Position numbers and translations under genes: made by a program. A stretch of 64,000 nucleotides of DNA, from NCBI GenBank assembly GCA_002633005.1, contig NMRA01000154.1:752841-816840 (forward strand), written 5' to 3'. Source of the stretch: Phoronis australis. Taxonomy: Eukaryota; Animalia; Phoronida. Below the pieces are notes generated by a model. The model searched no databases and was not told where the DNA came from. It was given only the letters and a program-made list of their open reading frames with translations. Each line of letters starts with the position of its first letter. Position 1 is the stretch's first letter. Of this stretch, positions 53,776 through 64,000 are shown in pieces.

Positions 53776-54137
53776 GTCGTTGGAACATTTCAGTGCTTTG
53801 TATTCTTGTTAAATATCTGGTGATTTAACTGAACGAGTGCAAATGTCAAACTTTTTTTTGACAAAACACTTGGACAATTTATGTAAACTTTAAATATATC
53901 AGCAAATCTATGCAGTATGACAAATACTGTACTGGAAAATTACAAAATTTAATTCTATAGGGTATTACAATTTTGGGCTTGATACTCAATCTGTCTACGA
54001 CTGTCAAGACTAAGTCCTTGGCTTATTCTAGTCTTCTAGTCAACACTACAATGCAGCTCCGTATTCAGTTGGATCTAACTATCCAAGTTAAAGTCCAGTG
54101 GGTACTGTGACATTTTGTGTTATATTGTTCATTACAG

Positions 54138-54237
54138 AGGATATGTGCGGCAAGTTTACCTTTGCTGCACCAAGCTATTCTGTTCTGGAGAGTGCTGGCA
54201 CGCTGGAAGTGGATGTGTTGTTTCACCGCAAGAAAAT
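54138..54237 (+). CDS. SLC8A: NCX coding exon 5: Calx-beta CBD1 strands A-B ([33 protein letters not shown])
   Basis: F.F....Y.V.E..G...V.V Calx-beta motif. ttacag| acceptor, AT|GTGAGT donor, phase 1 to 2. Confidence 0.92.
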
Positions 54238-54664
54238 GTGAGTGTTTATAAGTGATCTTAGAGCTCGCGAGGGCTCCTAAAAATTCAGTGTTACCGTGAT
54301 TTGGTACTCAAAGTGTATCTCTGCTGTCTTAGTTGTTGTGGACATTTTTATTCCGCTGTGGTTTTCTCAGTGGATAATGTTCCCACTGTAGTGGTGGTCG
54401 TCAGCTCAGTTTTTGTAATCGATGTAGGATTCGTGCTAGTTTTGAATGGTACCTCATAAGCTTTTCAGTTATCCTTTCAGAATTGTATAATATTATGTTG
54501 TATGCTGAACCTATTTGAGTCAAATTTCTTCTGACCTATCTAACGTCTTCACGGCACTGAACAAGAAAATCTATAATGTGTGAGATGAAATTATCAATAA
54601 AAAAACAAACGAAATGTTGACTTTTGCATGTGGAAATCAATTTGTTTTAAATTTTGTTTTTCAG

Positions 54665-54689
54665 ATCCAAGTCCACTTTAAAAGTTGCT
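54665..54689 (+). CDS. SLC8A: NCX 25-nt microexon (ISKSTLKVA)
   Basis: ttttgtttttcag| acceptor and GCT|GTGAGT donor. It converts phase 2 to phase 0, exactly what is needed to join 54237 to 55269. Confidence 0.82.
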
Positions 54690-55268
54690 GTGAGTAGTCT
54701 TTAAGTTCTAATTGTTGAAAAGACAAGTAATTTTCTCTAGTTTAGAATACCGTAGTTGCACTGGCTAAAAAATACTCGATTGAGACACTGTATATATGTT
54801 GCTGCTCTTGAACGATTTTTTTAATTCAAATTTTTACTTCCAATGTTTTACAGCTTGATGAACCCAGGATTAAGTAATTGTGTTCAGACCAACTAAATCC
54901 GGTTAATATACGTTTTTCACAGTTACTACCCTTATTTAATTTATAACCGACAGTCACAAAACTGTTAAAACCCAAGTTCCTGGTTATAGCATCCTTTGTT
55001 ATGTGGAGAGCATTAATTATTGCTTTTGCATTTCTGCTTAATATACTGTTGAGTTCAGGTTATAACGTTACAAGTGCTTTCTAAACCCCCTCACAGAGGT
55101 GTAGAACGGAGTGTTGTAACCCTTCGGTGGTATGGGACATTTGTAAAAAACAAAATTTTTAGTCTCCTAAAACAACAGTACATTACTGTGTCCTGTGGTA
55201 TGGAGTTAAGGTATGCTCGGGGTAACAATAGAAGTTATTTTACCCCCAAGTTATTTTCCTTTTCTCAG

Positions 55269-55448
55269 AATGGTGGAACTGCCATTGCCAACAACAACAC
55301 TGACGAAAAGGAAACCACTCTAACAGAAGTTACACCTATGGACAGGGAACTGGAAGACATTATCACAGGAGTTGTCTCAGTTGATTTTGAGACACGCGAA
55401 GGAACTGCTAAGATGGACAAAGATTTCAAATTTGCTCAAGGAAAACTG
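55269..55448 (+). CDS. SLC8A: NCX exon: CBD1 insertion plus strands C-D (NGGTAIANNNTDEKE...GVVSVDFETREGTAKMDKDFKFAQGKL)
   Basis: V.VDF.T.EGTA....DF....G.L Calx-beta motif. ttttctcag| acceptor, CTG|GTAAGC donor, phase 0-0. Confidence 0.93.
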
Positions 55449-55819
55449 GTAAGCTCCGTTTCAATTCCAGTGAAACTTATATTGTGCAATAATTTATCAT
55501 ATTATTTTGGAAATTAATCATTCAACCCGAATGCATTGTCAAGTTCAAATTTGAATATATCAATTTAACTGCAATCATTTTAAAATTATCTGATATCATT
55601 TTTGGCTTTAGTAATGGACTTACCCAGAGTATGAAAATGATATCTTTATACTAAACATGGAACCTGAGAGATCAGTGAAATGCCTTATTAGCTGGACACT
55701 CAGGTCTCAGTTGTGCAATGCTCCAAACTATATTTCATGAATTTAACTTCCAGAAAACAGCTGAGAAACCTGCATGTTAGGCAACCCGACGCAATGTTTT
55801 GCAGGATGATGCTTTCATT

Positions 55820-57000
55820 CTTATGTGCCACCTCCCCCCCAGGCTTTATATTGCCGTCATAAGCTCTGTTTGGGCATCTGGTGTAGGCTGTTGTATCTCC
55901 TAAATTCCTTGCCCGATTTTCATGAGATTCAGTAGAGTCGACGTGTTCCTTTGAAGCTAACTGCAGATGAGTTTCGGACTGAACCGATTGCTGCTGTTAC
56001 CCCTTAGTAGCAGATTTGGTTTTTTAACTTTGCTTCTGTTTCTACCAAGTTCCTTGACAGCTTTTTTCAAAAAATGGCAAACAGGTTTCTACTGAAACAC
56101 CAGCAGCTTTCGAATGCATTTGACGATTTTCAACCCCTGTCGGTCATCTTAATTTATTTTTAGTCTGCTTCTCTATTTGCCAAATCCCTTGAAGGCCATG
56201 ATTGGGAAGTTTGGAAGATATATTCTTATTGAGGAGAGCACTTCTGACATTGATTTTTCGACAGGTATTGCTACTGTGGTGTCCCCTAGTGGCAATTTTT
56301 CTTTTTGCCTTGTTTTAGTAGTGCCTCAGTATCTACTAAGTTTGTTGATGGACCCGAGTATTGTGCTGTTTCCTTGTGGAAATTATGATTTTCTTTACAT
56401 CTGCCTCAGTATTTACCAACTTCCTTCTATGGAACTTGGTGTAATAGAGCATATGTGCTCCTACACTCCTTATTCTGAAAATTGTATCTCGTATAATGGT
56501 TCCAGATTTTAGTTAATATATGTCTTATACAAGGATGGTAGTATGTTCCCATTTTTGGATGGATATAAAGTATTCTGTGCTCCTTGTGACCAATTTTTTA
56601 TTACTTTTACCTGCTTCTGTGGCATTTGCTTCTATATAGTCGCCAAAGTGCTTGAAGGATCATTTTGAAAATTGACGGGTTTGTTCCTAGTGAGAAGACT
56701 GACTTTGATATTCAGATGGTTCTATCTATTGTGGCACTCTGTAGGTGCATGTATTTCATCCGCGGCTATATTTCCTTTATCCTTTGTGGGATGTCTGTGG
56801 CAAGTGTTTCCCAGGAATGTGAGAACAACTTTACTTTTGGACATATCTGTGCCCCCTAGTGGCAGTTTAATTTTTTACCACGGCCTGTTTTATTTGACAG
56901 ATTTTCAGGAATTACAGAGACAACAACACCTTTTAAACTGTGGAGAGATTTGATTATTCTGTGCCACCTAGTGGCCATTTTTAGATTTGTGCATCAATTA
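55820..57000 (+). mobile_element. HINE/DINE-1-like repeat with degenerate internal subunits
   Basis: Recurrent ttcatgaRatt / cccctagtggcaatttt / ccacctagtggccatttt motifs shared with 20785-21430 and 60878-62020. Confidence 0.5.
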
Positions 57001-57565
57001 CCTAAAAAACCACTGAGTCACTGATCTGTCTTTTCAATCATGCTGTCCTTATCCATTAATTCCCATCACTTACCTATCATCCTGTCATTACCCATTATCA
57101 AATTACCTAACAAACTCTTACTAGATATAAATTTCACGATTCTCTTGTGTTTGAAGGCTGTTGTTTTTTGCCATCTTATGATGTTAGAGAGTGTGAGATT
57201 TTTTATGTAAATTTGTAATTTTACTTACAGTTAAGTAACTATGTAAGTAAAAGTATGCATAACCTTTAAAATTTCGGTGAGATTAGATGTTACTTAACTT
57301 CCATTTTCCTTCTGAATAATGTGATTTTGAAGAGATTCATTTGAGACTCATTTTAGATGTAAAATATTTTTCTTGTCACGTACACCGCTTTAAGGCAAAT
57401 GTCTTGAAGAGCCGGTCAAATGCTGTTAAAAGACGTCAAGTAAATGCAACTATTTTTGTTGAATCTCGTACTCTCTTCTACTCATTAAGAGATCCTGTAG
57501 TATGTCATTTAATTGTTGTGTTTCTATGGGTGAGTTTGATGACCAGAGAGATTCCACTGTTTTAG

Positions 57566-57728
57566 ATTTTCCACGAGGAAGAATTCTGTAAAACCATCTC
57601 CATACCCATAGTGGCTGATCACCAGTGGGAGGGAGACAATGAGTTTTACGTTATTTTGAAAAACCCACAAGGTGACTCGGGCCTTGGGGACCCCAGTGTT
57701 ACACGCGTCCTGATTATTGATGATGACG
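57566..57728 (+). CDS. SLC8A: NCX alternative exon A, CBD1 strands D'-G (IFHEEEFCKTISIPIVADHQWEGDNEFYVILKNPQGDSGLGDPSVTRVLIIDDD)
   Basis: tgttttag| acceptor, G|GTAGGT donor, 163 nt, phase 0 to 1. Calx-beta F...E..K.I.I.I..D...E.DE.F and LG.PS...V.I.DDD motifs. Confidence 0.9.
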
Positions 57729-58000
57729 GTAGGTGCAGACATGGTTTGAAAAGATCGCTTGATCGGCTTGGGTATGAGCAACTTCAAATTTAGCAAGCCA
57801 AGTGATTTTTATCAAAATAACTTTTTAGCTGCCGTAGTTGTGTTGAGCACCAATTGGTGCATTATACTGGCAGTGAGACTTGTAAAACAGATGGACAGAA
57901 ATTTTATTTTTTTTTTAAGTTGCTCAGGCTTGCTGATTAAGTGACTTGTTTGTTATGAGTTTGTGTGTGTTTTCAAAGATACCACATTTGTTCATTTTAG

Positions 58001-58163
58001 GTATTTGCAGAGCACGAGTATAGGAAGACAATTTCGGTTCCGATTATCAACGATTTGAATTTCCATAATAATGTTGAGTTCTACGTTATATTAAAAAATC
58101 CCGATGGGGACGCGGGTATTGGCGACCCAAGCATCACCCGTTGCACAATAGTTGATGATGATG
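58001..58163 (+). CDS. SLC8A: NCX alternative exon B, paralogue of exon A (VFAEHEYRKTISVPIINDLNFHNNVEFYVILKNPDGDAGIGDPSITRCTIVDDD)
   Basis: ttcattttag| acceptor, G|GTAAGA donor, 163 nt, phase 0 to 1. 32/54 aa identical to exon A, no stops. Confidence 0.9.
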
Positions 58164-60877
58164 GTAAGATAGTCCCCAGTTTTGCACTCCTCTATCCAAC
58201 TTTTCGCTGTTTTGCCTGTGTGTTTCACCTCTATGCCTTCCCGGGAGTTTCTCTTCACTGTTTTAAATGATTCAGCCCGTGCCTTTGCATACACTGAGCT
58301 TTAAATGCACTCTCCAGGTGTCACTCCTCAGCAATGGTCATAAGATAATCCAATGATTTGGACTTTTGTTACTAATACATAATGTCCGTTTTCTCTCCTC
58401 TATGCTTAGTTCTAAGGAGTGACCCAGGGATACCCACTGTAATTTCGCTCACACACAGTTAACCCAAGGGAGTTGACCTCAAACAATATAACTTTTACTG
58501 TTGCTGTGTTGTATCTCACATATTAAAATACAGAAAGCTGCTCATCTTATATATGTTTGTATGTGAGATTGCCAAATTCTGTTTCCATGGAGTGTCAAAT
58601 GTATTTATAAGGTGTTTATTTTTGCCACATTTTACTTTGGGAAAATGAAAAATGTGGACTACGCTTAATCAAATCTAACTTGAACAGATCTCTGTAAAAA
58701 TTGTATCATCAATCACATTTGACAAACTTATATACTCGTAAGACGCGTTTTGCGTGACTACCTCGGTCTTTACTGAATTCTGTCCCTTCGCACTAGTTGC
58801 TTCATCCTAATGTATGCTCCTCAAGCCAATGAGCTGCGAAAATAGTCACTGGAGAACATCTTCACTTAGTGAAGGTCACATTTTATTGAGCGATGAAACT
58901 AACAAGGTGATGTCACACTGCTGTTATTCCGTTTTGCAACATTCTTGCTGTCTCCACTGCAAGCCTATCTGACTGCCATGCATCATGGGTCCTGGGCATC
59001 TAACTGGACGCCCTAGCACTAATCTGGACACTCTGGCAAGGACGCCCAATGTATCATTTGGACGCCCACTGTCAATAGGAACCTTTCAAGTTTGGACTAG
59101 CACATTGTAATGAATATTAGGAAGCCTCTGAAGGCTCAAAGTGGGGGCTCTTTTTTCAAAGCAGGAAGAAATATACAATGTATATACAAAGTATATATAT
59201 TGTTGCTTTGCTCACACTTGGTAGATAGCATTGTAAAAGTCTTGGTCTACAGTTTTTTTTTAGTAAAAGTGCTCACTAGAGAAGGCTGTTTGTAAACTTA
59301 AATGTAAAAACCATGGTCTTTGCATTTTTTAAAAAAATCTGTGTGTTTAGGGGGATTACTTGGGGTGGGGGGTTACGCGTCGGAATCATGGATGCCCTGC
59401 AATATTGGGAACCCCATTTTGGACACCCTATTTTCGAAATCCTGGATAAAGGCCTGCTGACAGCACCACAATAGCTTAGGCTTTTGCTGGTGTTAGAAGG
59501 TAGAATGCAGTTGAATTTACACAAAAATAAAATTAATGTAAGGTCTGTAACTCAGCATAGTGGAACTCGGCCAATAAAACTATCTCAACACACACAAGTG
59601 TGAGACCCTCAGCAGAGACTAGCTGTATACAACAATGTGATGATAGACAGCACACTTTTGGAGAGCTTAGTTTGATTTCAGAATGAAGCTCATCCTTAGC
59701 AATCCTTTGGCAAAGTAATTTCTGTATCCTCATTTAACACACTCCCTTCCACACAGTGCAATGTCCTACACATACCTTGCTTTCATTTCCTTTCTTTTAG
59801 TCACGCTCTCAAAACTCAAGGGTAATAATCCTTTCTGTAGTTATTGAGTACATAGTATGTGCTTTTAAGACCTAGTAGTCATTGGTATAGTCTTGGTGTT
59901 ACATGTGACAGGGACGGATATGATTAGTTTAAGGATGGGGGCGTCACTAATATCTCTATGGTGCATCCTGTCATTATCATCTGTGTGAAATGATCCCTCA
60001 GAGTCAACTATGTGGAGTATCCCCCGTCGTCATCTACTCTCAACCAGGCTATTTCAGTTACTGAGTTTAGTTTAAGAATATGCAACTGCATAAGGCCAAA
60101 AAGCATAAGTGATTCTGGTATTTTTTCTTGCTCGTTAATAATTTTAAAACTAAGGAAAATGCACCTGAGGTTAAACCAAAATGACGAGGGATTTTTGTTA
60201 ATTTTGCCCATTGTTTTGTACATCATGGTCTTCAAAACATGGCTTGTTCTTGCTGACTGGCTTTTGTGCATCTTTTTAAAAAAGCACAAGACCAGTAGGC
60301 TGACATTGATGGGGCAAGCATTTTTTTCTTAGTCGATGAGTACTGGTCTCAAAGTGAGTCGGATTAACGACCAGAACCAACCAATGCTTTTTTGGCCTAA
60401 AATCAGATATGGTTGTGGGTGTATTGAGTTAATCCGTCCCTGTTCACTTTGCTATATAGTTGTATCTGGGTTACCATAGTAACTTTTAGAAAGCATTGCT
60501 ATTCAATTCTAGATGTATATAGCTGAAACTCGCTAAGCATTGATGTGTAGAGTTTGATTAGAATACATTTTAGCACTTGCTTGTTAGATTTTATTGAATG
60601 ATGTGTTGTGATGAAGGCGTAATTAGTTATTTTAACTAAAATGTTATTGGTTTGATGTGTAGATGACACCAGCTTGCAAGTTTTAGTAAAATGGACAAGA
60701 CATAGATCTGTCATTATCTTGCAAAAATTGCTACATGTAAACAACGCACTTACTGTGCATTTTTAATTATAATTAATGTTTTAGTCTCATTTTCTTAAAT
60801 AACACCAGTGGGATCATATGTTAGATTCTGTTGACTCTAAACTGATTCTGCATTTCAATACATTTTTCAGATACACT

Positions 60878-62020
60878 TTTATGCGCCTACGATATATGGC
60901 GTCATCCCCATCCATCCGTCCATAAGGCGTCCACTTCTGTATCTTCAATACCCCTTCATGGATTTTGTGAAATTTTGCAGACATGCTTGTGTCATGAATG
61001 AGACAACACAAATGAATTGTTTTGACAGATCTGACCACCGCTGTTCCTCCTAATGGCCATTTCATTTTTTTATGTTTGTCTCAGTCTGTAAATTAAAGAT
61101 CTTTCCTTGACGAATTTCCATCTGTGACGGATTCAACATAGCACCACTTAGTGGCCATTTTACTGTGGCACCCCGTAGTGGCTGTTTTTGCTAAGACCCC
61201 TGCAAGATATTTGTTAAATTTGGCAAGTGTATTTCTATGAACGGGACAATGGATAACGGCAACTTTCGGACATAATTGCAGCAACAGTTGTACTTCATCC
61301 CTGGTGGTAATTTTAGTTTTTCACTGTCTTTTGTATATTCAAAATTCCTTGATTAATTTTCATGAAATTTGGCAATAAGTTTACTTTTTTGGATGAATTT
61401 GCGCAAATAGTGTGCCACCTACTAGCCATTTTTATTATTTTTTTCAAATTTCATTTTGGTGTCTGCCTTCTATCTCCAAACCACTAAGAATTGATAATGA
61501 AAATTTATTTGGTAATTGTGTTTCTTCTGGAAAGTTCCTGGCAAAACATGATGTTTGGACAGACTTACTGATGTGGTGCCCTCTATTGACAATTTTGTTG
61601 TTTTTGCCTCAGTGGTTCCATATCTACCATGTACCTCAATAGATAGTCTTGAAATTTATACGTGGTTTTATTGAGGAGAATATAAGTGATGCGAATTTTG
61701 TGTCAAATTTAACTACTGTGGAATCTCCTACAGGCAATGTTTGTCTTTGCGTTTGCCTGAATATCAAGTTCTATGATGCATGTTCATGAAATTTGGCTAA
61801 TAAGTTACTATCATGAACACATCACAAACCCTGTTGCAGACGGATTTGACCTACATTGCCCCCCTACCGGCCTTTTTATTGTTTTTTGTCTGTTCTTTGT
61901 TGTCCTCCCCATAATCTTCCAAACTTTGTGGAGAATCGTGATGAAAATTGACAAGTGTGTTCCTATTAAGGAAAGCATTGCTGACTTCTTTTGCACCCTA
62001 TAGGGGTTATTGTTTTAAAC
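60878..62020 (+). mobile_element. HINE/DINE-1/Pearl-like repeat with degenerate internal subunits
   Basis: Begins tttatgcgcc...ccatccatccgtcc, then repeated (t)catgaaatttggc and ccacYtagtggccatttt units. Confidence 0.55.
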
Positions 62021-62839
62021 TTACTAGCATTGTTCCTTCCGGTGGGAATGTTTAAAATAGTAACTATCCCTTGTATCTGCTCTGTGTGCGATGCAAGCAG
62101 TGGGTACTTATTAATTTTTGCTTTGTTTACATTCAAAAAGATTTTAAAAGCCAGTGCAGGTACAAACATTAAAAACTGATGAAAACTGTGCTGGTTTACT
62201 TGTAGTGAATGCTCTACTAATCACCCTGAGTATGACAAAGATGGCACATTGATCACTTGTGAAATTATTGGGTACATCTAAGCTTTTTGACGTGGACTTT
62301 TACCTTGTCCTACAGTCTGTCACAGCCGTTGAGAAAGAGCAAGGCTTATATGTTTGGAAGATTTACTAAGAGATTTATTCTGCTTCTTCCGTACTTGGTA
62401 ATGGGGTAGCCTTTATACAGACATATAGTTTTCATAAATTCAATCACTAACAAGCCTTTTGGACCTTCTTTTGCAACACAAATTTGCACTTCTTTCACTG
62501 CGACAATGTCCATAGTTTTAATTTCCTGTGATTGTGTTTTTCCTGTCAATGAAATGCAAGCACTCAGATGACCTTTTAACTTTTTCGCGTACATGCATGT
62601 TGACCTTTGATCTGCGAACCTCACAGTAATGACACCGCAACTGCATGTGAGTGCTGGATCAATTCACATAGAATGTAGCTATCCACTTTTTTGATGAGTA
62701 TTTAGTTCACGGAATGATTCCATATTCACAAGTAATGTGCATAAACCATAACCCTGAAACATTTCAATACTAATTTAGTTTCCTTTGTTTTATTTCATCA
62801 ACTTAATGCATTCCTATGTGTTTTTAAACTCTTTTTCAG

Positions 62840-62963
62840 AACCTGGGGAGTTCACTTTTGAAAAATCTCATTTGTACGCTGACCCCAGCAATGGGGTCGC
62901 TACGGCAACTGTGATGCGGCAGAAAGGCTGTGATGGGACTGTTACTATAGAGTTCTCAACAAT
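62840..62963 (+). CDS. SLC8A: NCX exon: start of Calx-beta CBD2 (EPGEFTFEKSHLYADPSNGVATATVMRQKGCDGTVTIEFST); gene continues beyond the window
   Basis: ctttttcag| acceptor in phase 1, matching exon A or B. AT|GTAAGT donor. Aligns with NCX1 HAGIFTFEEPVTHVSESIGIMEVKVLRTSGARGNVIVPYKT. Confidence 0.92.
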
Positions 62964-63523
62964 GTAAGTTTCTTCAAACACTTTTCAGATTGTTTAGGAT
63001 AATTTGAATATGATGAAATTTTTAAGATATGGAGTAATCATTTTGAAGTAGAACAAAATGACATATTTCCTTTCAAGATCAGTCAGTGTGAAATAATTGC
63101 CTCTATTGGTGGAGAACTTTTAACTTATAACTGGCAATTTACATTGTGCTATCATTATACAAAAATCTGAGGTATCCTGTTGGGGCTGAAAGGAAAACAT
63201 CTTGGTAATCTTCTATTTTTGTGGTTACGTGTTATTACTTCAGTGTTGAAAATCCTTTATTCACTCACTTTAGAAATTTGTTCACAATTTTTGATTATTA
63301 GAATTTAAGGAAAATATGCCTTGTAGTTAAATGAAAACCAGTGGCTCGGTTGTATATTTTTCGCTAATTGTGTTTCCACCAACAGTGATGGTCTGGCTAA
63401 AGGGGGTCCATCACAGAAACCCAAAAGGCACAACAAAAACAAACAAGTTTATACTATTTTGCACATGCGGCCGATCACTAAATGAGCTACACAGACACGA
63501 AACGTTCTGTGTTGGTACCAGCA

Positions 63524-63942
63524 GTGTCCGGTTTCATGAAACAGTCCCAAATAATGACTCACCTACGTTCCCTAAATCTTTTGCGAATTTGTTTAGATCT
63601 TTACTCACAGTCATTTTATCTTTATTATGAGCTCTTGTTTGAAAAATGACATTTTCTAATGATTTAACTAAAATTGAGCCTTTAATTCAGTCAAAATAAT
63701 TAGGGACTGAGTAGTTGAATTAGGGGCGTTTCATGAAAAGATCCCTACTTGTTTTCAATAATAATGAGAATCCAATGTTGAGATTACTCTCGATTTGTAT
63801 CAAAGCCAAAGGCTGGCTTAGTGATGATAATAAAAACAGCATTAGAAAGGATAATCAGTGTTTTCATAAGTCCGCAAATACGCAGTAGATTTAGGGAACT
63901 TAGTTGAGTCCCTATTTGGGACTGTTTCATTCAACCGGGCAC
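63524..63942. mobile_element. MITE with ~55-bp imperfect TIRs
   Basis: ccggtttcatgaaacagtcccaaata..actca.cta.gttccctaaatct versus agatttagggaacttagttgagtccctatttgggactgtttcattcaaccgg. Confidence 0.75.
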
Positions 63943-63966
63943 AGAAACCCACAAAAATCTCATGTT

Positions 63967-64000
63967 CAGTGGCGGATTTAAGGGGCCATGCCCCCCCCCC
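63967..64000. mobile_element. Start of another CAGTGGCGGAT-family MITE (truncated by the window end)
   Basis: cagtggcggatttaaggggccatgccccccc. Confidence 0.5.

Noticed and set aside
54854-54873. Second microexon candidate (tttacag|CTTGATGAACCCAGGATTAA|gtaatt)
   Set aside because: 20 nt would break the frame between 54689 and 55269, and the donor is weak.
57480-58000. Dscam-like docking/selector RNA pairing for the A/B choice (shared TGAGTTTG upstream of both exons)
   Set aside because: Only an 8-nt match, and I found no convincing complementary docking site by eye. Comparative covariation analysis would be needed.
57566-58163. Exons A and B as consecutive exons of separate Calx-beta domains, or as an assembly duplicate
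   Set aside because: Joining them breaks the frame and no strand A-D exon lies between them. The protein-level divergence and unrelated flanking introns exclude an allelic artefact.
60008-60289. Minus-strand ORF ending RVDDDG as a third Calx-beta exon
   Set aside because: Wrong strand and no other Calx-beta motifs.

Overview
AT-rich, repeat-rich animal (probably marine invertebrate) genomic DNA; no prokaryotic features and no CRISPR array. The window is dominated by the 5' part of one + strand, intron-rich Na+/Ca2+ exchanger gene (SLC8A/NCX family). I spliced it by hand with consistent GT-AG sites and reading phase: 21898-22653, 36953-37062, 46071-46166, 53090-53223, 54138-54237, 54665-54689 (25-nt microexon), 55269-55448, [57566-57728 OR 58001-58163], 62840-62963. 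This gives about 562 aa (TM1-5 with the alpha-1 repeat, linker, CBD1, start of CBD2), and the gene runs off the right edge. The main finding is a pair of tandem-duplicated 163-nt exons, apparently mutually exclusive, that swap the Ca2+-binding E-F loop of CBD1. In vertebrate NCX1/3 and Drosophila CALX the known splice switch is in CBD2 instead. The protein also has a ~38-aa insertion in CBD1, a His-rich linker, a degenerate XIP region, no evident signal peptide and a candidate 6-nt microexon. The rest of the window is introns, a putative CpG-rich promoter and non-coding first exon, decayed retroelements (RNase H LINE, Penelope GIY-YIG), MITEs, minisatellites, and two duplications around single-n gaps that look like uncollapsed haplotypes.
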